Shown in pieces: positions 25,460-34,853 of a stretch of 64,000 bases of DNA. Source of the DNA: Lophium mytilinum. Lineage: Eukaryota. Both the position numbers and the translations under genes were made by a program. Location of the stretch: positions 744,001 to 808,000 of the forward strand of contig MU004199.1 of the NCBI GenBank assembly GCA_010093605.1. The letters run 5' to 3'. The notes beneath the pieces were generated by a model, which worked only from the letters and a program-made list of their open reading frames with translations, was not told the DNA's origin and ran no database searches. Each line of letters starts with the position of its first letter. Within the stretch, counting starts at the first letter, position 1.

Positions 25460-27430
25460 ATGACCACTGTATTCGGGACGGCCGTTCCTTGGCCGGCAAA
25501 GGACCCCAATAGACAGACCACACCACCTATACCTACAAAATATCCTACAAGCGGCAAACGCACAAGGAGTGCAACGTCGTCCCTCAACGATGCGGGGCCC
25601 GAGGCTGACCCACCCGATTTGAGGGAACTCAACAACGCTCTCCAGGCGTTGACGGATGTCTTTCCCGATATACAGCCCGAGGTGTTTCGAGAGATGCTCA
25701 GTAGCTTTGACAAGGAGAGCCGGCTACAAGTCATTACTGAGAGTCTGTTGAAGCATGGGGCAAAATGGGTACGCGGACGATACCGGATGCCGCAAGAGCA
25801 GGAACAGCAGCAAGTCGCGGAGGGAGGGAAGACTTACAAATACCGTGCTGTGAAGAAGCAAGATCCCCGAGGGGATCCTCTACCCGTCGAAGAACGATTC
25901 AGATCGGAGATATATAAGAACGCCGTCAAGGCCGCTTTGTACCAGGAGTTCAAAGGATTAAGCCATTCTACTATACGCGCAGTTCTGGCGGAATACAACT
26001 ACTCGTACACTCAGGCCAGGCCTACCCTTTTCGCTCTTGTGTCCAGATCATGGAGGTATTCCATTACCAGCTTCTTTATGAGGCGAAAGCCACCATCCGC
26101 AGAAAACCATCCTCTCGTCAGCTGGCGGGCTGTAGACCCGAAGATAGGACGGCCTCCTGTGCCGCGCTTGGCGCATACGAAGAGCACGGAGCTAGACAAA
26201 GAGTTGTTTGAGACTCTAGTAGTCCCTGTCCTGGCCAAGCAGAGGGCTGATCAAATCCGCCTGGATTGGGAACTCGCCGAAGAACTGAACGAGGCAGAAG
26301 CAGAGGAAGCCGGCGAGATGTACGACTGCGAATGCTGCTTCACCCCTAGTACCCTGGAGCAACTCTCTACGTGCGACGAGGATGGCCATTACGTCTGCTT
26401 CCGCTGCATCAAGCACTCCATCAACGCCGCCCTCTACGACCAAAGCTGGTCACGAAACATTGACTCCGCACGATGCACCCTCCGCTGCGTAGCCCCTGTA
26501 GCAAACGGTCTCGACGCCTGCAACGGCTGCATCCACCCCGTCTTCGTCCGCCGCGCCCTCGGCGACGACCAAGACGGCGACGACACCTTCCGCCGCCTCG
26601 AAGAGCGCTCCGCCTCGGAAGCCCTCCAAAATTCCCAACTCCCCCTCATTCGCTGCCCCTTCTGCGCCTACGCCGAAGTCGACATCCTCGACCACCCCTC
26701 CCCCCGCCTAACGTTCCGCCCCAAGCTCCGCGCCATCTCCGCCTCCTCCCCCTTCGCCGCCCTCCAAACCCTCTACAACGAAGCCCTCACCCTTCTCCTC
26801 TACCTCTTCTTCCTCCTCCTCTCCTCCCTCCTCCTTCCCCTCGCCACCCTCCTCCCCCTCCTCTCCCCCCTCCCCCCCCCCACCTGCCGCCGCGCCTCCT
26901 GCCTCGCCTGCCTCGCCGAATGGCACGACATCCACATCTGCCACGAATCCTCGAAAACCGCGCTTCGCACGTCGGTCGAGCGCGCCATGGCCGACGCCAT
27001 CAAGCGCACCTGCCCGAAGTGCAATTTATCATTCGTCAAGAGCACGGGTTGTAATAAGCTGACCTGTGTGTGTGGGTATACGATGTGCTATGTGTGCCGT
27101 GCGGATATCAGGGAGGCGAGCTACGCGCACTTCTGCCAGCATTTCCGTGAGCAGCCGGGCGTTTGTGCGGTTTGTGAGCGGTGTGATTTGTATCGGACGG
27201 AGGATGAGGAGGTGGTGCTTAGGAGGGCGCGGGAGAGGGCGGAGAGGGAGTGGTGGGAGAGGGAGGGGAGGGGGGTTGTGGAGGGTGAGGGGGGTGGAGA
27301 GGGGGGCAAGGGGAAGCTGAGTGAGGAAGGGTTGAGGCGGGTGGTGAAGCTAGAGTTGGGGGAGCCGACGGTTTGGGAGGGGAGGTGGTGGGTTGGGGTG
27401 TTGGATCGGGCGGTGGAGATGGTGGTTTAG
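25460..27430 (+). CDS. RBR (RING-IBR-RING) E3 ubiquitin ligase with N-terminal CUE-like domains (RNF216/TRIAD3-like)
   Basis: LTDVFPDIQPEVFREML (CUE-like); RING1 CECC..C..H..CFRC..C..C; IBR CPFC...CLAC..WH..HIC; RING2 CPKC..KSTGCNKLTCVCGYTMCYVC. Confidence 0.9.
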   Translation: MTTVFGTAVPWPAKDPNRQTTPPIPTKYPTSGKRTRSATSSLNDAGPEADPPDLRELNNALQALTDVFPDIQPEVFREMLSSFDKESRLQVITESLLKHGAKWVRGRYRMPQEQEQQQVAEGGKTYKYRAVKKQDPRGDPLPVEERFRSEIYKNAVKAALYQEFKGLSHSTIRAVLAEYNYSYTQARPTLFALVSRSWRYSITSFFMRRKPPSAENHPLVSWRAVDPKIGRPPVPRLAHTKSTELDKELFETLVVPVLAKQRADQIRLDWELAEELNEAEAEEAGEMYDCECCFTPSTLEQLSTCDEDGHYVCFRCIKHSINAALYDQSWSRNIDSARCTLRCVAPVANGLDACNGCIHPVFVRRALGDDQDGDDTFRRLEERSASEALQNSQLPLIRCPFCAYAEVDILDHPSPRLTFRPKLRAISASSPFAALQTLYNEALTLLLYLFFLLLSSLLLPLATLLPLLSPLPPPTCRRASCLACLAEWHDIHICHESSKTALRTSVERAMADAIKRTCPKCNLSFVKSTGCNKLTCVCGYTMCYVCRADIREASYAHFCQHFREQPGVCAVCERCDLYRTEDEEVVLRRARERAEREWWEREGRGVVEGEGGGEGGKGKLSEEGLRRVVKLELGEPTVWEGRWWVGVLDRAVEMVV

Positions 27431-27509
27431 TTTGGAGGGAAGAAATTGTCACTGTATTCTTCGGACTTGGTTTGAGAGTGGGTTTGCACTGTGACGTCTG
27501 TGACTCTTT

Positions 27510-28105
27510 GAATCGGGCCTGGGTAATAGGGTAGATTTGGCACCTGTGAGATGTATAAACGGGAGCCAGTGCGTGCGATGTGGCCTCAGTTTTGGCATGT
27601 TATTGTCTGGCGCTCTATTTGGGACCTCAGAATCGAGTCACCGATTAGAGGCCTGTAGTCATCCCAATGTCAAGACACTGTAAATCAGGTCCACAGGCCC
27701 TTCAATATTCTCTAACACTCCAAATCAGGCGAGGGAATTGCAGTAGATTCCGCATTTGTGAGATGTATAAAGTGGAGCCAGTCCGTGTGATTTACACTCG
27801 ATCATGGCATATTATTGCCGCGAACTGTATACTGGGCCTTGTAACAAGCTTGGCTTTGAAAAGTCCTAAATCAGACCATGGAAATAGGGTTAAGTTGGTG
27901 GTGTCAAGATGTATGAAGTGGGGCCAGACCGTGCGATTTGAATTCGGTTTTGATATGTTGTTATTGGACGCTTTGAAACAGGATGTGGATGTTGGGTAGA
28001 TGTGAGGGTTGCGAGATGTATAAAGTGGAGCCAGTCCGTGCGATTTGAAGTTGTTTTTGGCATACTATTAGAGGACTTGCCAGATCAGGCCTTGTAATTA
28101 GGGGT
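27510..28105 (+). repeat. Dispersed repeat family, copy B: degenerate array with four ~35-bp conserved cores
   Basis: Core (G/A)AGATGTAT(A/G)AA..GG(A/G)GCCAG.(C/G)CGTG.GAT at 27548, 27760, 27906 and 28013, each followed by a variant of TTTTGGCATAYTATT. Confidence 0.9.
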
Positions 28106-28529
28106 AGGTTGAGAGTCCAAAGTAAGTCCGATTGCCTACTGCCTCAGTTAGAACTAAGCAGCATAGGCCTTAACTTGGGTCTTCTGAGGGTTGGTAATGT
28201 CGACACCTATAGCAGCTGACAGACTTTCAGAAATCTTGATTGTTATTTGATTCTCCAACCACGGCCGTCGATTCCAACTTCGCCTAGAACCGACTTGAAA
28301 GATGCAACGCCATCCAAACAATTCACCAAGACCCAAGCCATTAACATTGGGTCAAATAAGTACTCCAGCAACTCCCCCTCTTAACTCCAATCGAACCTCC
28401 TGGGGACCTGACAAAAAACGATGCTAATCAGGATGCAATCCACGCGACGACCGACATTACTCCATATCCTGTAATTGCTGCTTGGACTCGTACAAAATGC
28501 CCCTCTAAGATGTTGGTGACTAGATGCGA

Positions 28530-29455
28530 CTAAAAGAAATAGTAGAGCAGCGCTCCCGATCCGGTCAGGAACACACCGAACCACCATATCCTGTCGGCGG
28601 CTATCGGCTCGTGTCGCTTGCCAAGAACTTTGTGGTTCATAGGCAGATTGAATCCTTCGGCGGAGCGCTTGAATTTGGAAGTGGCTTTGGCGCCGCCGGC
28701 GGTGGCAGTCGTGAGGGGGTTTAGCGTGCCGGTGGGCAGCATCTCCGGCGGGGACATGACGAGGTAGAGCGGCATCATTGGGGAGCCGTCGAATTGGAAG
28801 AGGTTCAGGCGAGGGATGTTGTGATAGGGGTCTGTGAGGACTTCGTAGCGCTGAGAGGGAGAGTTAGTTATGGAGACTTAAAATGTGACTAGTTGAACAG
28901 CGGACCTGAAACATCTCCGACGTGTTGTATCGCGTGTATACGGCTTCATCGTATGCGCAAGGGTCGGAATATAGTTGTCGGCCGTCGACGGCAATGGGGA
29001 CGAGGACAAGGGAGCCGTTGGCTTGCTTGGTGAAGCTGCCATGTTGCCATTGGATTATTGCGGCGGGGCATTTCGGGTCGTTAGCTGCGTCACCCCGTAT
29101 TAGCTATCCGTTCATGGTAGCGGGACAAAGGAGTGCCATGTGAGGGAGATCGAGAGGAAACGTACGGTTGGCAACTGCGCGGTAGTATGCCTCCTCGAAG
29201 AAGCCGGCAGCGGAGAATGAGTAGGAGATGCCCGGCCGTTCGGGCTCGGTGAACTTCTCATTCACCGGGTCGTAGAATTTCTGCACGGCATTTGTCAGTC
29301 ACCGCTCTGCTGCTCCAATGCATTCACCAACGTACAGGGCCGGTTAATGTTTTGTTCGACTTCGAGGACCACGTTCCGACGAGGTCTGTTGGGATGGTCT
29401 GCGCGGCGACAACGCTGGCGCCGACGAGGAGCGCGGAGGCTATCGAGGACAGCAT
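28530..29455 (-). CDS. ROT1: ER protein-folding chaperone Rot1, 4 exons
   Basis: Signal peptide; [72 protein letters not shown]-terminal TM helix. Confidence 0.95.
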
Positions 29456-29814
29456 GTTCGTAGGTGTGTAGAGCGAAAAGCGAGTGTGGTGGGAGGTCGA
29501 GGGAAAGCTGATGTCGTTGTTCGAGGTTCAAGATTTGGACGAGGCAAGGAAGGGGCGTCGACGCGCCAAGCCCGTCTCAGTTAGGTTCAGGTGCCGCCAC
29601 GAGGAACGTCTATGGCGGAGGGAACGTGGGCTCCTGCTGCAAACACCCGTGCCCTAGTTGCAAACTTCTTTTATCACTAGCGAACTTCTTGTAAGATATC
29701 ACTAGCTAGTTGTTGACCAGACTCAATTCCTCAGATTCAACCTATGAACCCTGAAGTCATCTAGCGTCTGCGTGGCGCATATAATTTTCTATTTTGGGAC
29801 GTCGATCCTACATC

Positions 29815-30639
29815 ATGGCCGCCCTAAAGAACCTGAAGAAAGAGCTGCGACAACGCATCAAGCTGGTCTTGGCTGGGCTTTCGCAAGAGTCAATCACGAG
29901 CCAGAGTATGTAGTCACTATGTCATATTCACTTTTCATTTAGCTGAGAAAGGTAGCGTCCAATGCAGTCGAGACGCTATTATCAATGCCCGAGTACAAGG
30001 CAGCGAAGAGAATAAGCATTTACCTCTCCATGCCCTCGGGAGAGATATCCACCTCGGGAATAGTTCACGATGCGCTCAAGGAAGGCAAGAGAGTCTTCAT
30101 CCCGTACACGTACAAGATGGGGAATCCAAGAGAAGGGCAACCAAAGTCAATCATGGACATGCTTGAACTAACCTCGATGAACGACTTTGCAAGCCTGAAG
30201 CCAGACGGTTGGGGCATTCCATCGCTCGATAAGGATTCCATTTCGGATCGAGAGAACTCCTTTGGAGGAAAAGGACTCACTGATGGGACGCTGGAAGGAC
30301 TGAACGAAGCAGACTCGGGATTGGATTTCATCGTAATGCCTGGGATGGCATTCGATTCTAGTTTCGGGAGACTTGGTCACGGGAAAGGCTTTTATGACTT
30401 CTTCTTGGAGAGGTGCCAGACGCATAGCACTGAAACATCCGCACGAAAGCCTTTTCTCGGTAAGACTTTTCGTCATTACATTGAAGGGCTTGGATGGCTA
30501 ACCCTATGTAGTTGGCCTGGCACTGGCAGAGCAGCTTCTGACAGCAAAAGAGTTCGTCCCTATGGACACCACCGACTGGAGGCTCGACGCCTTGGTATTG
30601 GGTACTGGGCAATTGCTGCGAAGAGATGATCCGTCCTAA
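29815..30639 (+). CDS. FAU1: 5-formyltetrahydrofolate cyclo-ligase (MTHFS), 3 exons
   Basis: KKELRQRIK N-terminus, ISIYLSMPSGEIST, LDFIVMPGMAFD, RLGHGKGFYD, VGLALAEQ..DWRLDALV; two GT-AG introns. Confidence 0.92.
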
Positions 30640-30746
30640 CTAATACGCCTGCTTCCCACCCAATATCTTGTGCTCTTCAAATGTCAACCATTTTCCGCTC
30701 TGAGTGAGCTCGACACAATTACCTTATGTGGATTATCGAGACGACC

Positions 30747-31239
30747 TCAAGACAGCTGCTGGATGAGTGATACGTTGTCGCCCTTGAGGAGGATTTGACC
30801 TGAGGAACATGAGTATTGCGCATGGACGTAGTATTGGGAGGGCATACCAAGTGGTCGCCGCGACTCGGCCTCGGTCTTCGTTGCTTGCTTCACCTCGATC
30901 GCGTCATCGATAACAAGGTTCATAAATTCATCGAATCCCTACACGCCGTCAGACCGGCCAATATTCAACAGCGCGGGGATCGTACCCTGATCTTGCCCTC
31001 CACTCTGATGCCGAGTTGCTCATATAGCCAGATCGAGACGGGTTGGCGAGATTGCAGAAGCTTGAAGATGAAGTTGATCGGCGGGAGGAGTACTATTGGC
31101 CAGGTTCAGTATAGTCTTGCGATATCGAATTGCGCGTTGGAGTAAAGTCGCACCTTTTCCGCCTCCTCTTCCACCTGCGAGACTGTTAGCTGGAGCTGGA
31201 CGCGCGTAGAAAAGAGCACTCGCCTTGACGACCGGACAT
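30747..31239 (-). CDS. SME1: Small nuclear ribonucleoprotein Sm E, 5 exons
   Basis: Spliced translation [26 protein letters not shown]...[29 protein letters not shown]...[18 protein letters not shown]. Confidence 0.95.
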
Positions 31240-31632
31240 GATGGAGACTGCTTCGTGTGGACTGTAGTGAAGCTGGAGTGGCAGGGAGAGTGAGCAATGT
31301 GGGCTGCAAAAGCGGTGTAGAGGGTAGCTTTGCGGGGAGTGGTGAGGCTCAAGCTCGAAACGGCCGTGCCAAAATTTGACGAGGCTGCAAAAGCGCCAAG
31401 CAAAACGAGGGACCGCCGCCGCCTGCATCTTGCCTTTTGTTACCAGCTTGCAAGCAATCTTTCCACCCACTGCCCTTCACCCTCTATACATAATCCGCAC
31501 TCCTTTTCACTCCTTTCCTTGCTTCTACCTCGGCCGCTCTCGGTTCCTCGATTCACCTTCCATGACCGCATAATACTCGCCGCTCGCCAGCGCCCCGCTC
31601 CTTCACTCTACCACACAAATAGCGACGCCATC

Positions 31633-34600
31633 ATGGCTTCCAACGGCGCCCAGCAGGGCTTTGCGCCCGTCCTTGCTGCGCTTGCCACCATGTCGGCAGT
31701 CGCAGACCGCTCCGAGAAAGGCCAGGCCCACGAATACCTCGAAAAGTTCCAGAAATCGGTTGGTACCCATTGGCGAAGTCAGAAGCCCGGGAAGCTAACA
31801 GGATCGGGTTATAGCCAGAGGCATGGACGATGACTCTAGAAATGCTGCAAACAAATGATGCAGATGCGGCGGCAAAGCTATTTGCCGCGACCACACTCAA
31901 GGGCAAGGTACGAGTATTGAACCCCCATTGCGCCAATGGCTCTGACCTCCGCAGATTGTATACGACCTCCACCAGATCCCTCGGGAATCGCTTCCTGGCC
32001 TGCGGGACTCCTTGCTAGCCAACCTCGTCGTATTTCGCGCTGGCCCCAAACCAATACGGCTGCAGCTGGTTGTGTGTTTGGCAAACCTGGCAATTCAGAT
32101 GACTGAGTGGAAGGACGTCCTCCCGCTCGTTGTGTCGTCACTCGGAACGGACCCGCAGACACTCCCCTGCGTCCTGGATTTTCTACGTGTTCTCCCAGAA
32201 GAAGTCACGGAAGGACGCAAAATCAACTTGACTGTATGTTCGGCCGACACATCACCATTTCCCGGGCGCCTCCCAGCGGTACCACAAGCACGAAACACGG
32301 TCATAGTCTAACGTTTGGTGATCTTACTAGGAAGATGAATTGAGCTCCAGGACAACAGAGTTGCTGGTGGACAATGCTCAGCAGGCACTGTCCTTGCTCA
32401 TACAGTACTCTCAATCATCCAGTATGTTCGCGTCAGACCCGTTTAGACGAAAAGCTAACATAGTCATAGTATCTGCCGCCCAAAATCCCCAACTTATGGA
32501 GTGCATAACATCTTGGATAAAGGAACTCCCCCTGAACGACATCATAAACTCTCCGCTTCTCAAAGTTATCTTTGACGACCTATTAGTCGAGGAACCCTTC
32601 AATGCCGCAGTCGAATGCTTATGCACCATGTTCCAGGAGACAAGAGACGTAGACGAGTGCTTGAACATGATTCAGGCGCTTTACCCGCATGTCGTCGCTC
32701 TTCGTCCGTTGCTGATCCAGGCTGCCAAAGATGAGGATACCGATAGATTCAAAGGCCTCGCGAAGATATTCGCCGAGGCAGGAACTTGCTGGGTTGTTTT
32801 GATTGCACGACAGCCAGTACAGCTTCGTCCTCTTGTGGAAGGTGTTCTTGAGACCGCCGCTCTCGATAAGGAGAGGGACGCAATTTCGCATACCTTCTCG
32901 TTCTGGTACGAGCTCAAGCAATATCTCACACTCGAGAATTTCATGCAAGCGAGACTCGAGTATGTCGACATCTACTCAAAACTGGTTGACATCATGATCG
33001 GTCATCTGGAGTACCCTAAGCCGGAGCATGGTGACGAGAAGGATTTATTCGATGGCGACCGGGAGCTAGAAGAGAAATTCCGGGAATTCCGCCACCAGAT
33101 GGGAGATGTCCTGAAAGATTGCTGCGAAGTCATTGGCGTCACAGATTGCTTGGGGAAATCATACACCCTGATCGAGAGCTGGGTTCAGACATACGGCCCT
33201 CAAGCAACGGCAACCCACGTCCCCGAATGGCAGAAGCTCGAGGCCCCTTTGTTCAGTCTGCGGGCAATGGGTCGTATGGTACCAGCCGAAGAGAGTATCA
33301 TGCTCCCTCGACTAATACCTCTCATCGTGCAGATACCGGAACACGAAAAGGTCCGTTTCCAAGCTGTGATGGCTCTCGGACGGTACACAGAATGGACGGC
33401 ATATCACTCCGAGGACATGATGCAACCACAGCTGAAGTATATCATGGACTCGTTCGGACATCCGTCCAAGGAAGTTGTCAGGGCTGCCGCGTTATCGTTT
33501 AAGTTCTTTTGCAATGACTGCGCCAAGCAGCTTGTGGACTATTTAGGACCATTGCAAGAGTTCTACCGAACACAGCTAGATAACCTCCCAACCAACAGCC
33601 AGGAAGAGATCACGGATGGGATAGCCTCTGTTCTAGGACGTCTACCCGCGGAACGTGTTTACGAGCAATTGCAAGCTTATTGCAATCCAATCATGTCCAC
33701 CCTCATATCGATGGCACAGCAGGCGTCAAACCAGAAAGAGAGAACGCTTCTAGCTGGTATGTATATTTCGTCTATGGCATCGGAGAACTATCTACTGACA
33801 ACCTTTGCAGACAAAATCGGTCTCGTCACTCTCTTCGTCCAATGGGTTCAGCCCCACGTCCAACCCCCACAAGAGAATCCAGGCGTCAAGTACTGCCAAG
33901 AGATATTCCCAGTGCTCTCCGCAATCGCCGACAACTATCGGACTAGCCCTGCAGTGCTAGAAGCAATATGCAGATGCTGGCGGTACATGGTTCTATCATA
34001 CCGCACCGCCATGGCACCCTTACTCGGCGACCTCGCAGCTGCACTCGCCAACGGTTTCTCCGCGTCCAAACAAGGCTCCTTCCTCTGGGCAACCGACTCC
34101 ATCGTCCGCGAATTCTCCGAAGGCACCGAGCACGTCGACGCCACAACGACAACCGCCATCTTCGCCTTCTACGAGCAACAAGCCACCACCTTCCTGCGCG
34201 CCATGAGCGACGTCGCACCCGAAGAACTCCCCGACCTCATCGACGACTTCTTCCGCCTAACCGTCGACATGCTCCTCTACTTCTCCACCAAGATCCTCAC
34301 CTCGCCGCTCATGGACTCGATTCTCGCCGCCGCCTGCTCCTCCCTCACCCTCCTCTCGGAACAACCCATCTTCGCCACCCTCCACTTCCTGCGCGACTTG
34401 CTCGCCTACGGCGGCGACTTCGCCCCGTCGTCGTCCTTTGACGCCGCTAACCAGCGCCAGACGGTTCCCCCCGCGCTGCAGGACGCGGTGAAACGCCTCG
34501 TTGCCACGCACGGCGAGCACCTCGTCCAGCGCATCATGACGGGCATGATGTACACGTTCCCGCGCGACTGCTTCCCGGACGCGTCGGGCGTGCTGCTCGA

Positions 34601-34853
34601 CTTGTTCCATATCGCGCCCGAGCAGGTCGCGGTGTGGGTGCAGACGACGGTGGGGATGCTCCCCGCGGGTAGTATCACGCAGGTGGAGAGCGAGAGGCTG
34701 CTTGGCGCGATTAGGCAGCGGGTGCAGAATAATGAGGTAAGGAAGGTCAGGAGTTTGCTGCAGGATTTTACGAATAGCTATAGGCGGAGGAATGTGGCGC
34801 CGAGGGAGGGGTTGGGGAGGTTGGAGGGGAAGAGGTTTAGGTTTGAGGGGTAG
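31633..34853 (+). CDS. MTR10: Importin-beta family transportin-SR / Mtr10, about 6 exons
   Basis: AHEYLEKFQKS, KLFAATTLKGK, GPKPIRLQL, FLRVLPEEVTEGRKI, FREFRHQMGDVLKDCC, WQKLEAPLFSLRAMG, DFTNSYRRRNVAPREG; five GT-AG introns with branch sites. Confidence 0.94.

Noticed and set aside
27510..28105. CRISPR array
   Set aside because: Eukaryotic context, no cas genes, degenerate repeats, and long, unequal, mutually homologous spacers.
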